A DNA stretch of 64,000 nucleotides. Source: Massalongia carnosa (lineage: Eukaryota). The first letter of the stretch is position 1; every line of letters begins with the position of its first letter. Both the position numbers and the translations under genes were made by a program. Shown one piece after another: positions 1 to 12,796 of this stretch. The stretch covers positions 1,984,001-2,048,000 of the forward strand of contig OZ287072.1 in NCBI GenBank assembly GCA_965645245.1, in the 5' to 3' direction. The notes beneath the pieces were generated by a model. The model was not told where the DNA came from, did no database searches, and was given only the letters and a program-made list of their open reading frames with translations.

Positions 1-1517
1 GCCATTTCATTCATGAGCTTATCAGTTTTGATACTGGTCTCAGAGAGGATTGGAGCTATGATGGAGGGAACGGAGCGGACGGGTGGAAGGGTTTGACATG
101 GGAGGTTTTGGTAAAAAAGAACTGGTTTGGGCGATGGCTAGAAGTTGAAAAGGATTGTGAGTGCTTCCGTAGAAAGATGTTCATTCATTCGTGGGATTAA
201 CAAGAAGATAGTTGCATTGGCCAGGTATCAGACAATTATCAGCACGCCAGAAAGTGGAGAGTTGGATTACGACAGCGTGGATAGCAATGCCACCAAACCT
301 ACAAAAGCAGCCATCAGAGTCAACGACCTGCTCGAGACTATCACAGGTAAGCATGGATTGCCCTCGGTTAATGGACGAAACGTTTACCCCGTGCAATAGA
401 TCGTTACCGGCCATTGTCGTCTTTCTCTCAAAAGCTTCGATTCCTCATCGACATACAGATCGCCATCTTCGATAAGTTCCACTCCCGCCTGCACTCCTCT
501 CTCGAAGCGTACCTAAGCATTACCTCCTCTCTAGCGCGCACGGTGCAAGGGGTATCCAAAGAAGACCAAGCCGAACTGCAAGGACTCGGCGGACTCGAGC
601 GTCTCTGCCGCGTCTACGGCAGCGCCGAGTACCTTGAGAAGAAAATGCGAGATTGGAGTGACGACGTCTTCTTCCTCGAGCTCTGGGATGAACTCCAGAA
701 TCGAGCTCGCGGGAACACCAGCAACAAGAATATTGCCGGTCCCATGAGCGTCAAGGACGTTGCCGAACGAACCTCCAGCACCGTGGGCTCGCAGGAAGAT
801 TCGTCCGGCGCCCTGTTTGACGAAACGTCCGAGGCCTACAAGCGATTGCGTGTCCGGTCCGAAGGCATCATGCAAGACGCACTCGTCCATACCATCCGCG
901 ACTCCCTCCGCCCATACAGCCGCATCAACCCCTGGTCTTCCCTCTCCAGCGACCCCTCCCCCCCCCCCTCCACAACCCTTACGCTCTCAGCCGAACTCGA
1001 CGCCACGGTGCAGCAGCTGTCATCCTCTCTCCTCTTCCTCTCCAACGCCCTCGCGCCCGCTCCGCTCCGCCGCATCTCGCGCCAACTCTGCCTGGCCGTG
1101 CAAACCTTTCTCTGGGACCACGTCCTCGTGCGCCACTCGTTTTCCGCGGCCGGCATCGCGCAGTTCGGCCGCGACGTGGCGGCGCTGGGCGAGGTGGTAG
1201 ATCGCCATGTTGGCGCGGGGCATAGCGAGCTCGGGCTGAGAAAACTCCAGGAGGCGCTCGTGCTGTTGGGGTTGCGGTCTCATGATCCTGGGATCACTGA
1301 AGCGGACGCTGGCCCGTCGAAAGGTGACGTGGAAGGCGAGAACTCTGCAAGTGGGGATCTTGATGGCGAGGGAGGACTGGGTCTGCAGGAGGTGGCCACG
1401 AGGCTGTTTCGGAGCAACGAGAGCGGCCGCGAGGTCCTGGATCTGTTGGGGCTGGAGGTGCTGAGCGAGGCCGACGCGAGAAGCGTGCTGGAGAGACGGA
1501 TCGATTTGGGGGGTTAG
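1..1517 (+). CDS. TIP20: RINT-1/Tip20 family (Dsl1 tethering complex) protein, 5'-truncated by window edge
   Basis: Exons <1-156, 212-346, 400-1517 joined by GT-AG introns give ...WLEVEKDFALARYQ...DLLETITDRYRPLSSFSQKLRFLIDIQI...DWSDDVFFLELW, which I recognise as the RINT1/TIP20 domain. Confidence 0.85.
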
Positions 1518-1824
1518 GTGGCTTTGGGTGGAGTTGGGAGGGGGGACGAAAAGATTAATAGCAAAACCAGAGAGATTGATAATACATTTATAGAAAAGAA
1601 GTGATGTCAAGCAAAAGGAAAGGCGAGCGCATGAAAAATCCGGAGTGGCACCAGAAAGAAGGAAGCAAAAGGAAAAGCATCAGGTTACTTTAATTTAATT
1701 CATCGATTTGTTCAACGTACGTAGTAAGTACATAATCGTATCTTTTTTTGGGGGGCAATTTTCCGGGATTCTTCTCTTTCTCACTCTTTCTCACACACAA
1801 AAAAACATCAATCCAAACTTACTC

Positions 1825-1829
<5 letters not shown>

Positions 1830-1855
<26 letters not shown>
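1830..1855. repeat. (GA)n microsatellite
   Basis: About 13 perfect GA units. Confidence 0.9.
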
Positions 1856-2500
1856 AAGGGTTTCCCAACAGCAAAGGTTGTTGTTATTATTGATATTTTC
1901 GGAAGGGGGAGCGCGATTACGGTTATTACGAGAAGATTATTTTAATATATTTTTTTTTAAAAAAAGTTATGTTTATCAATTAACTACTATGCATAGAACA
2001 GTACTGTGTTGTTCCTTCGTTCGAGGGGGCGAGAATCGCTTCTTCTTCTTCTTTCGTTGGACTGGTTTTTGGCAGGGCTTTTCTGATGGGGGGGGGATAG
2101 GAGGAGGAACAAAGGGGAATAATACATCGATATCTACATCAACTAGGAAATCTAACTAGATGGTATAGAGAGGAAAGCGCGCAGCAGCAGTGGGGCTATC
2201 TGTTTAAATCCATGAATATAGAACTCTACTTTAGCACCTCTTCGCGTTACAGTCGTCCGATCATTCACTGGTTAACAGTTGCGGAAAGTTTCGTGCGTGC
2301 GTGTGATTTAATTGATTGATTGATTGATTCTTTCTCTCAAGATCCAGAGTCTTTGATAACGAGACGAGGATGGTGAGATTATCTATAGGAAGAAGAGAGG
2401 AGGGAAGAAAGGAAGGAGAAGGGGCTCCAGCTAAAAAAGTATCCCTGTAGGGCTAAATTACTATTGTGGGTCTCCTCTATTTCTCCTTGATTATGTGTAT

Positions 2501-2511
2501 TATATTTATAA
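2501..2511 (+). promoter_or_regulatory. TATA-like element upstream of 5S gene
   Basis: TATATTTATAA at about -28 to -18 from the 5S start. Upstream TATA elements are known for dispersed 5S genes of filamentous ascomycetes. Confidence 0.55.
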
Positions 2512-2528
2512 CAAGGCTCCTTTATTCC

Positions 2529-2647
2529 ACATACGACCACAGACTGAGGCAAACAGGGTATCCCGTCCGCTCTGCCGTACTGAAGACTCAGATCGATCGA
2601 TTAGTAGTTGGGTGGGTGACCACCAGCGAATCCCGATTGTTGTATGT
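2529..2647 (+). rRNA. 5S ribosomal RNA (dispersed copy)
   Basis: 119 nt ACATACGACCA...CCCGTCCGCTC..CCGTAC..AAG...TTAGTAGTTGGGTGGGTGACCACCAGCGAATCC...TGTTGTATGT. The 5' and 3' ends pair (helix I) and the gene is followed by T-tracts. Confidence 0.95.
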
Positions 2648-2663
2648 TTTTGTCTATTTTTTT
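2647..2663 (+). terminator. RNA polymerase III terminator (T5 then T7)
   Basis: TTTTTGTCTATTTTTTT immediately after the 5S coding region. Confidence 0.75.
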
Positions 2664-3183
2664 GGTAGTGGTTTTATGAATGTAATGAGACAAAATTGAA
2701 GGAGGGGGAAGATGCGGAGATATAGAGACAATGCGTAGAATCACATGTGCCTGAAGTCTTACTCGACAAAAGTTTACTTACCAGTTCATATGCATACTTT
2801 GTGCTGGAATTGGCGGGATTGGTACTCTCCCTTCTCATCAACCAAGGCCCTCGCTGTACGGGTGCCTTCCAAAATGTTAGGACCTTTGCCTCTTCTTCTG
2901 CTGCTCTCATTACAGGCATTCCCGGAGTACCGTGTGCGTAGATAGATAGATCAAGATGGCTCTACTCAGCCCCCAACCAACTCATGCAGGTCAAGCCCGT
3001 CCATCATTCCTCAACCAACGTGGCACAGCTTCCAGGATGAACGTAATGGGAGAGAGGGCCTTTTCCAACAGGGTCGAGTATTATGGTTTTACTTCAAATA
3101 GCTGCTTGTCTCCCTTTCTATTGCATTTAATCGTTCAACTTTATTGTACAGTCATTGTAATCTCTACTCTGGACTCCTAAGCA

Positions 3184-4857
3184 ATGCGGTCTCCCACTCT
3201 GTCTTGGGCTCTTGAAGCATGTCTCTTCCTCATGACAGTCTCGTTGGTGGGCAAGGCGCAAGCCAAAGCCGTCTTCGCTCATTACATGGTACCATCTCCC
3301 TTCTCGTTCCGTTAATTTTTTCAAGAACAACATAAACTAAGCCCCCCTCTAAGATCGGCACAACCGACGAAATCCACGCTCATACCGACATCGACCAAGC
3401 CAGTGCCATAGGACTCGATGGATTCGCCCTCAATATCGGCGACCCCACCCAACCCTACGTCCGCGACTCGTTAAATCATATGTTCGACTACGCGCGCGAC
3501 ACCCACCCCACCTTCAAGCTATTTATCAGCATGGATCTCTCGGCCGCGCGAGGGGCGGGAAAAGGGATCAACGACTACCATGATCTCCTGCAAGAATTCC
3601 TGGGCCATGCGGCTTGGTATCTTGGACCCAACGGACATCCGTTCATCAGCACTTTTGGCGATGGGCAGCTGACAAATGCTGAGTTTGCCGTGTGGAAGTC
3701 CAGCTGGGCGAATGCGTTGTATTTTGTACCGGATCTTGATAATACGCAGGGGTATTACACGGCTGATCCGGGGTGGTGGCAGTACTGGGGAGACGTGGTC
3801 GATGGGCTTTTTAGCTGGGAAGCCGCCTGGCCTTCCGTCGGAGGGGGCGATGGACGAGGTCCTGGGGACGTGAGCCTTGATCAGGTTGTTGCCAACGGTG
3901 CAGCTAGTCATCTGAAATCCTACATGATCGGCGGGTTAACTCTGAACAATCCGTTGCCTGTGTCCACAGCTTACAGGATTTCTAGCCCTAAGCCCGCTTC
4001 AGTACAAAGATGCCGTAAGTATCTTGCTGGATATTCGCAGGTTTAGGAGAAAAGGCAAGTCTGACTGTGCTAGTATGATACCAATCTCTACCGCCCTGGC
4101 GGCCTCAACCTCCCCGTCCGTATGTCGAATATCCTAAGTCTGTCACCATCCCCCGATTACGTTGAGGTAATCACATGGGTAAGCACTTCGCTTGTTCCCC
4201 TCCTTTCTGGCTGGTCATTTACTAAACTATCACTCTTTCCTAAAGAACGACGGCCCAGAGAGTCATTATATTGGCACCATCTGGCCAGAACAGAACAGCG
4301 ACCCCCGCCCCGCCCGCTACGCCACTCAAGTCTCTGCCCCTCACAACGGCTGGCAAACCCTACTCACCTCCTTTATCACCGCCTACAAAGCCGGCTTGCC
4401 ACCATCCAGCATGCAACCTGCATCCGGAACCGCAGTGGGCGCCATGTGGTACAAGACCATTTTGCAGAGCAGCACCTGTCCCAGCGATGGCGCGGACAAG
4501 TACACCGCCAACCCCGATGGCTTCTCCTCCGGCAAAGACGAGCTGACGTGGGCGATCGTGCTCTCGAGCGGCTTGACAGGCATGAAAATGCGTGCAATTA
4601 CCAACGGCGCGGTGTTGGAAACTGTGGACCTGGTTGCTGGGTTGAACTACGGCGTTGCCGGGCCCGTTCAGGCCGGGGCTCAGAGGATGGAAGTGCTGGA
4701 CGCGGGCGGGAATGTGAGCCTGGTTGGAGTGGGCGGGAGATGCGTCTCGGCCAGGTGTCCGGACTGCATCTATAACATGAACCCCCAGGTAGTTGCTCTG
4801 GGTCCGGATACTGGCGCTGTAGCTGGTTCATGTCCCAGCGAGGACTGCGCGGCTTGA
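3184..4857 (+). CDS. Secreted glycoside hydrolase family 71 (alpha-1,3-glucanase/mutanase)
   Basis: Exons 3184-3288, 3354-3930, 3986-4014, 4074-4178, 4246-4857. Signal-peptide-like N-terminus followed by KAVFAHYMIG, GLDGFALN, FKLFISMD, DGLFSW, VEVITWNDGPESHYIG and a C-terminal CxxYNMN, which are GH71 motifs. Confidence 0.9.
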
Positions 4858-5399
4858 TCGCTGGTCCACTGTCCAAGACCGGTCCGAAGACCTTCTTCCT
4901 TCACCCACGGGCCGCCATGCTCCAGCTTAGCTTGGGGAAATATATAGAAAACACGTTCGAGAAGCACGAACCCCAGTGGAGTTTAATACTACTCCTTCAG
5001 TCCCCGTAACACCTTTCTATCGCGCGCCCCTTCGCAGCAGTACATATGCTTACCCCGTCCCTCCGGGCTATGCAAACAAGCAAAACCACCAACCGCTCTT
5101 TTCTCATTCTTTAGCTTCGATAGGGCAACCCCCCTTTCAATCTTCGTCTTCCACCGGAGTTTTGGTAGTGGTAGTGGTCGTTTTCTGCCTTCATTCCAAG
5201 CGGTAGTTGTGTATATCAAACCTGCTTTTCGGGTTACATGCATATATCTCAATGACATGATACCAGGGAAAGGTTAAGTCAGGTTAAGTCAGGTAAAGGG
5301 GGGGGGGCAAGGTAGCTTGTGTTGCTGAGAGGGGAATGAATATATATGTTTTTAATGACGAAGTGGTGTTTTCGCTTTCGCTTTTCCTTAAATAAAAAT

Positions 5400-5429
5400 G
5401 AAGAAGAAGAAGAAGAAGAAGAAGAAGAA
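5400..5429. repeat. (GAA)n microsatellite
   Basis: About 10 GAA units followed by an A-tract in the convergent intergenic gap. Confidence 0.9.
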
Positions 5430-5630
5430 AAGAAAAAAAAAGGTGGAGGGTGGGAGGGTCGCGTCACGATGTGAGCCCGGAAGAGGCGAGGAAAACAGAG
5501 AGGGATTTGGTCTAGATGGGTGAGCTTGCTGGTCGCCAAGCTTGTAAGGTGTGTGTGATACGAATATCGGTAAACGTCCAAACTCAATCAGTAAAAATGC
5601 CGCCCCCTAACGACAAACCCCTTACCCAGC

Positions 5631-7400
5631 TCAAACGGCCGAATAAACCGCGCTAGCCATCCTGCCACACTCCACCCTCTGCTCGAAACTGGCGTTCCTC
5701 CCGCCTATCCTCGCCTCATGCCGCGGCGTGATCTGGAACCGATGTTCCTCGCGCCGCCGACCCTTCTCCGCCCCCTCCAGAGGTGCCAAATACCCCGGCA
5801 CCGCCACGTTGTTGCGCCTGCCCATGCCAAGTTGGTAGAACTCGTTGCCGCCCCACCACAGGACGTCGGCGCCCCAGTTGGTGTCGTTTGCGCTGTCCGT
5901 GGCCGAGGAGAGGCCGGCCCGCACATGCGTGACGTTGTCCATGGTGGCACTAGCGTGCGTGGCGCCAATGGATAGGCGCTTCAGCCGGATGGGGACTACG
6001 GCGTTGGCGCTTTCGTCGTATTCGAAGAGGTTGCTCAAGGCTTTGATTTTGGTAGGCGTGCCCTGCACGTGAGTCCAGCGGCCTGTGCCGAGTGTGCCGA
6101 GGATGCCTTGGCCGCATGCCCAAGTATCAGCCGTAATACGACCGAGGGGCGAGTTTGAACGAGAGGGAGAGGACGAGTGGCCGGGTTGAGCGACGCTGGT
6201 AGCGTCGACGGTGAAGAACGAATTGTTACCGCCGGCTGAAACGGAGGTCACGCGAGGAGAGAGCGCGGTGCCGGCGTAGAGCCTTTGGATAGGGAGAAGA
6301 GATGGCACGTCAATAAGAGGTGATTCAGAGCTGGGTTCGAAGCCGAGCTGGCCCAGGGTGTTGTCCCCAAAGGCAAAAGCTCTGCCTTCTTTGTCGAGTG
6401 CGAGGGAGTGATAATCGCCTGTGGCAATTGCGCTAATATCAAAACCGCGGAGAGTGGTAATCTCGTGAGGTTGGTCATGGTTGCCTGGCGGGCGGGTTGA
6501 CCATGTTAGGCCTGGTATGCCTAATTGGCCGCGAGAGGGGAATTCAGTGCTGCTGGACGCAGCACTAAAGAGGCGCCCAGTCGAAGTGAGGAGAAGAACA
6601 TGCTCGAGCCCTGAACTGATGGAAGTAACTTTCTCGCCCCAGGATGTAGTTTTGGGTTGGAGGAGGCGGTAGCTGATTCGCGAACGAGAAGTCCAAAAGG
6701 GGACCCATGTACTTTCTGCCTGCCTAGCGCCAGTGGCTTGGTCCGATCGAGAAACTGGAAGAGAGTAAACATTGCCGTTACTTCCTAAAGCAATGATTCT
6801 GTCCTTTGATATGGCGAGGGACTTCAACCCCTTTCCAGTGAGCGTAGGTACCGGCTGTCTGGCATCCTCCGAATAGCCCGCTCCCCATTGCAAGAGATCC
6901 CCGTTCTCGGTAATTGCAGCGCCAAAGTTACGATCGAGCTTGATATCGCGTAGAAGTTGACCGTCGAAAAAAGATATCCGCCTTGGGGATTTTATCAAGA
7001 CCTCATCCGAGTCAGGCGCAACCACCCGCCCGCTATTGGAACCCCATGCATAAACACCAGGATTTTCCCAACTCTGCTTTACCTGAAGATGTTGCGAGCT
7101 TATGATATCACGATTTTCCTCCTTCGAAAGTCCCCTGGTTTTCTTTGACCTTTCAATTCTGATCTCGCCTGGAGCAGGTGGTGATTCGGCATGGAGCTCT
7201 TTAAATCCAATGCTTCGAGAGCCGTGGAAGAGCACAGCACCCACACCGAGACCCAGTAGAAATCGATGCAAGTTCTGATTATAAAAACCGCTCCTGCTCC
7301 GGTAGCTCTGATTGCCAAATCTTCGACGCTGAGCTGGTTGTTCCCGGGACGCTCTACAGAACGCTTGAAACGCTCGAGGTCCAGGCTTCAAAGTCTTCAT
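5631..7400 (-). CDS. FMP25: Mitochondrial RCC1-repeat protein, Fmp25-like
   Basis: Intronless ORF. Arg-rich presequence-like start (MKTLKPGPRAFQ, likely ATG 7400), a TM segment, SWENPGVYAWGSNSG and RCC1 repeats (SGLEHVLLL, ATGDYHSLAL, FGDNTLGQLG). Confidence 0.8.
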   Translation of the reverse strand: MKTLKPGPRAFQAFCRASREQPAQRRRFGNQSYRSRSGFYNQNLHRFLLGLGVGAVLFHGSRSIGFKELHAESPPAPGEIRIERSKKTRGLSKEENRDIISSQHLQVKQSWENPGVYAWGSNSGRVVAPDSDEVLIKSPRRISFFDGQLLRDIKLDRNFGAAITENGDLLQWGAGYSEDARQPVPTLTGKGLKSLAISKDRIIALGSNGNVYSLPVSRSDQATGARQAESTWVPFWTSRSRISYRLLQPKTTSWGEKVTSISSGLEHVLLLTSTGRLFSAASSSTEFPSRGQLGIPGLTWSTRPPGNHDQPHEITTLRGFDISAIATGDYHSLALDKEGRAFAFGDNTLGQLGFEPSSESPLIDVPSLLPIQRLYAGTALSPRVTSVSAGGNNSFFTVDATSVAQPGHSSSPSRSNSPLGRITADTWACGQGILGTLGTGRWTHVQGTPTKIKALSNLFEYDESANAVVPIRLKRLSIGATHASATMDNVTHVRAGLSSATDSANDTNWGADVLWWGGNEFYQLGMGRRNNVAVPGYLAPLEGAEKGRRREEHRFQITPRHEARIGGRNASFEQRVECGRMASAVYSAV

Positions 7401-9419
7401 GATCACAGCTTCAAGTGTATCACTAAAAGCTTCTCGAACTATTCTCAAATCTATCTCCCATCTCAATGGCCCTACAAAGCCTGCATAACTTCGAGATGAT
7501 ATAGAGTACTACTTCAAATATGTTGCACGTCATTAAGATTACCGCGTTAAGCGAGCGCTTCATCGAGTTCTCTTTCATAGCTTACTTTCTCTGTAGTTGA
7601 CTTTCTCTACTTGAGATAGTACAAAACTTATCAACCAAGCTTCGTGGTATTTCATCCCTTCTTTTATATCAAGCGCTATGTCGACCTTTCCTAACCCACG
7701 CAGGCTTACATTGTCTATATCCAAGTCCCTTTGAAGGGTCTTCCTTGTACTCTAAATCCTAGTTTCTTACCTGTTTAACCATGTTCGCCGACTTCTGCTC
7801 CTGTCATCCGTATACGCCTTATTATATCATCTCTAACCTTTCTATCGTACCAACTCCCTATCTCCTTTCCTTTTCCTCTTATCTCTGCATTATTATATCT
7901 CTTACCTTCCTCTCCTCCTCCCGCGATACCCGAGTAGTAAAAAAACCCAAAGCAATGATACATGACAAGATTCTCAATATGAGACTAAACAGGAGTTATT
8001 TTGGTTACCTACTAAGGGTAATAGGAACAGGTTATTCTTATAATGAGATTCCCATTGAAGCAATTCAGCTGGACCTGGAAACCCCCCTTTGTCTGCCTCA
8101 CAACTGGGACAGAGCTTCCTGGATACCTCAACAAGCGTAAGTGTGTATGACTTACATGGAAGGAAAACCCTTCTCTCCTTTGTGTAAATCTATTGAGTAG
8201 AGTGTTTTCACTATGTTTCTAATTAGCTGTCTTCTTCTGCTGAGCGATTGCTTCTTGTTCTTCTACTCCACTTTTCCTCCTCGGAAAAGTACATATGAGC
8301 GCACCTCATGCCAGTTGCTAAATCTTTCCATTGATCATCGACTTAAAGTGGCTGCATGGACCGATTTAAGAAAGGCCATCTATCTCTTTTATGGAGGAAA
8401 TGCCTTATCCGAGGACGAGTCTTTGGCATCGAATCCCAACATCAAATAGTTAATAATAGCGCGCGTTCAGCAACTGTAAAATCTATTGAGGTAGCGCTCG
8501 CCAATCATCCACCCGAGATGACAAACTTTGACCGGAAACGAAATATACCGTGAGTGACCGTCTTTCCCCTCGAATGGTCTGTAAAATTGCACGCTGAACA
8601 CAAGCGGTAGCTGAGATGAGAGAATGCATGGCTTCTGGACCTAGTTGCGGTCTTGAAGCTCGTGGTCAGACTTACGTATAAAATATTCTGCTGTTGAAGT
8701 CGATTGACTAGATGGGATGGAGTTGATACTGCAGCAATAAATGATTCCCTAATTTAACTGTTCAAAAGATTCCATGAGATACCCCGTGGTCCATTCTCGC
8801 CCACTACATCAATACAACCAGTCACGCTATACCCATGTGAATCCTCATCAATATGCCTTCCTAACCAACTGTTTGTTTGCCCCTTTTTCTCATCCTAATT
8901 TTGGTCACAAAACAAAGAACGATGCTGCTAATGTGAATGATCAGACACAATGTCTTTGTTGAATGAACGCTCTCAACACAATACTCAACAATTGATTATG
9001 CATGGTTATTCATCACTATTCAACTTCCAAACTCCCTCTAGCAACACTATCTACCTTGCCACAACACATTCGTTTTTTGTCACCGGTATAAAGCTGGTTG
9101 GTTTCACTTTCCATCCGGAAACCAGCCTTCATCTTTCTCTCATTTACCACTTCCAGCTTCCAGCTTAGCGGAACAACGCTTGTTTTAGAATAAGTAAGTT
9201 CTTCTCTATCCTATCATCCCCCTCGTGCCTTCCTTGCAAAACCTCTACTTGGGCTATATCTTGTGTCCTTCAACGAGGATAAACTAAAGAGAGGCCATTT
9301 ATCGTTTTATCAGCTTTGAGCAGAAAAGACACATCTTTATTTCTCTCCGTTATTCAGGTATTAGGTATCAAATCTAAAAAACAACGTCCTCAACTCACAG
9401 AATCATCAACTTCCAAAAA

Positions 9420-10576
9420 ATGTCGAAACAATATCTTCTCCGCCCTTTTTTCAAAGTCACCACGCCCCCTTCTTTAATCCCACCTCAACCTCTGCGCGCG
9501 TTTGCTACGCCCATTGCGCGCAATTCGGCACCTGCTAACCTTCTAGCATCAACTCGACCGCGCCTTGAGCACCTAGCACCTGCGCCATCCAATTTTATTG
9601 GACTACCTTTATCCCAAGCGACGAAAAGGCTAAATATCCCACTAATGGAACCGCTGGAGCTGCAAATTGCGCCTGATCCTCCTGCTGCGCTGAGTTTGTT
9701 CACGGCTGGCTTTGTGAAGAGATTGGCGCTAATGGACGTGGTTACTGGGGGCGGGCCATATTCGAGGCCGTGGGGAGAGTATGAGGTTGTAAGCTGCGAT
9801 AGCGAGAATGATGAGGTGGAGGAAGTGAAGGCTGCTTCTTTTGACGATCCGGTAAGTTTCCCTGCTTTTATCTCCACCACCGTTATAGCTTTGATTTTTA
9901 TCTCGAGCTGAAACAAGTTTTGGTTCTTATGAACTGCTGTTTGACTGACTGACGTTGCTTTCATTATGATTTTAGACACCCACACCTCTAACTCTTGCTG
10001 CTCCATAGGTCATTCCCGATGATACTTACGTTTCGAGCCCAAGCCAGGTGGCTATGGATACGCTGACTTGTTATTGGTGGAGGGCTTACTGATTGCAAGA
10101 ACTTACAAAGCGATTGCCGGGAAATGAGCAGGTGGCAGAATTTCACGTATTTATTGTGGTTGGGAAACTTTGATGGCAGAGGCGCTTTCGAAGCGGAAAA
10201 GGATGAGACCGGAATTCCATACTTGCGCCTATAGATCTGTATGTTTTGAGACCAAGGTATCATCCGACTGCATACTATAACATCAAAAGACTTGTTCTCT
10301 TCCATGATGACGCTTTATGACTTTATAGCCTTGAAATCTCCCTCATTAGTCCACACCTCGCTCCCAACAGGCGTGCTTCTGGCATGAAAGTGACATGAAC
10401 AGAAAATAACAAGAAGGATTAGGTTTATGGATATAGCGGATATTTTGATGATGATCGGGGAAGGGGGCTGCCCGGTTGATCTGGTTTCTTTCTCGACGAT
10501 ATTGAAGGAAAAACAGGCAGGACAGTGGGATTCGAAAGGGAAAAGACTATTTAGAAATATGAGGGCGGACGGCTGA
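9420..10576 (+). pseudogene. Possible decayed gene of unknown function
   Basis: Good-context ATG (aaaaATG) and a 144-codon first exon ending at a GTAAGT donor (9852). A downstream frame at ~10085-10576 reads protein-like but has in-frame stops at 10232, 10247, 10385 and 10391. No family recognised. Confidence 0.3.
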
Positions 10577-10976
10577 ATAGAACTAGACACAACTAGGGGA
10601 GTGACGAGTAACATCTTATTCTGTGCGAGTACTGTGTATATATTGTCGCAACTCTTTTTTTGCATAAACCGCAAACTCGTGACGTACATAAATCATTGCA
10701 TCATTCCCTGCACAAAAGCACAAAAAGCTCCACTCATATACTTTGTGGCGGAAGAATGGTCGCGCCTACCTCTTCACAACGACGGCGCCTCGTCCTACAT
10801 CCTCCAAGCCGTGCGCTGGCTTGGTTGGAGACTGACGCCGTCCCATTCAAGGTTTCCACAAGAGTACTCTCGGATGCTTCACTCTCAAAGCATCTAGGTT
10901 ACGTCGTCAAGATTACGTTTAGCTCGCCCTCTGGGGAGTAACAAGTATTTACCCTTTAATATCTTCATCCAGTAGG

Positions 10977-12118
10977 ATGGCTACCATAACCCATTGTCTC
11001 TACTGCTTTGAGGTCCTCGCCGCTACGTTGGGGAAACGGGAAGCACTAAGCTTAGCCCAAGTGCAAAAGCTGTGGTCTCGCTATAATTCTAAAGAAAAAC
11101 CAACTCCAGCCGCAGAGGAGGCCCACCATAATGAAGGAAATCCATCGTTAATGCAGGATGGATTTGATGATTTGCCCTCAAACGAGGTTTCTGCAGAGGA
11201 AGTCGATTCCGACGAATCTCCTCTCGAACAACCGATCCCCCACTCCGCGCTCCGCCTTCCCAGCATATCCCGCCTCCAAAATCCCTCCTCATCCTCTTCC
11301 TCATCCACAACAACTTCTACGTCCTCAACCCCGACATCCCTGTCGGCAAACTCGTCCCGCGCCGCACTCAGCGAATCCTCCCAATCGTCCTCCAGTTCGT
11401 CCTTCTTTTCCTTCTCCCGGTCCCGCCGCGGCGCCCAGCCCTCCTCTGTGCCAACTGCCGTGGCCCGAAAGGAAGAGGAGCACGAGAACGGAGAACACCA
11501 CCCCCTCTTCGTTACGTGGAATACCGTTTCGCGTCGCTCAGGTCACAAGTCTCTCAGGGGGTGCATTGGCACCTTCGACCCTTTGGAACTTTCAAACGGC
11601 TTGAAAAGCTATGCTTTGACCGCGTACGATTTATAGTTCCACTCCTACTCTCTATCCTTTGCTAGAAAAATGGTCTTTCTGCCCACCCAGTCGGCGTAAT
11701 TAAGCTAATACGTCACCTTCCCGTATGTAGCGCCTTCGACGACACCCGCTTCTCCCCGATCTCCGCGCTTGAGCTTCCTTCGCTCTCCGCCTCCGTCACA
11801 CTTCTGACATCCTTTGAACCCGCCGCCGACCCCTTCGACTGGACGCTTGGCATTCACGGTCTGCGCATCTCCTTCTCCCACCGCGGGAGACGCTTCACGG
11901 CGACCTATCTTCCGAACGTGGCGGTTGAGCAGGGATGGACGAAGGAGGAGACGCTCGTGAGCCTGATGCGGAAGGCGGGGTGGGGCGGAAGAACTGCGGA
12001 GTGGAGGAGCGTGGACTCGTTACGGGTGGTGCGTTATCAGGGGAAGAAGGAGAGCGTGGATTATGGGGTTTGGAAGAGCTGGAGGGATTGGGTGGAGCGG
12101 TCCGAGGAACAGAAATGA
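10977..12118 (+). CDS. AMMECR1-domain protein
   Basis: Exons 10977-11623 and 11731-12118. HCLYCFE, PLFVTW, LRGCIGTF, AFDDTRFSPI, GIHGLRISF, ATYLPNVAVEQGW..EETLVSLMRKAG. Confidence 0.9.
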
Positions 12119-12796
12119 GACTAGGGGTTGAAGAGATCGATTGGGTAATTTGAGCGATGCTAGCTTCCATAAGCGCAACCTCGTAACCTGCTAAGCTAAG
12201 TAATCTAATCTAATACGATCGAGGTTGGGGTCCCTCCCCGTGATCAGGTCTAGCCGCTATTGGATTTTGGATCTGGGTTCTTGTTTAGGTTCTGGGTCTG
12301 GTGCTTAACACTGGTGGTGGTGGTGGTAATATCACAGAACAGCATTTATTTTGGGGGGAGAAAGAGCGGGGGAGATAGGCATGTACATATCTCCCTCAAA
12401 CTCGCCCTTTCGAGAAAAATCAAAATGGGAACGCGAGGTTTCCTTTCCGTTCAATTGATTAATTAACTTAAATCAACCATCCCATCAGTCCGTTGAATCT
12501 TCTTCTGTAACGTAAAAAGGGATAATCCAGATGTAGCTCCCCCAACCCTCCCTCCCTTTACTCCCAACCTATCACAAGTAGCCAACCAACTCAATACACA
12601 AAACGCCCCCTTCATGATTTTCTTTTTGATTTCCTTCTTGATAGCATCTCCAACCCCACCCGTCAAGCCCCGCCCCCCAATGAGAACTTATATAATCCCG
12701 ACCAATCCAAATGTAACGGGCCCAACAAGGCAAAGAGAGAATAAGGACAAAAAATTTAGTCACTTTGCATGACTTCAGCCACCATCTCCATAACCC

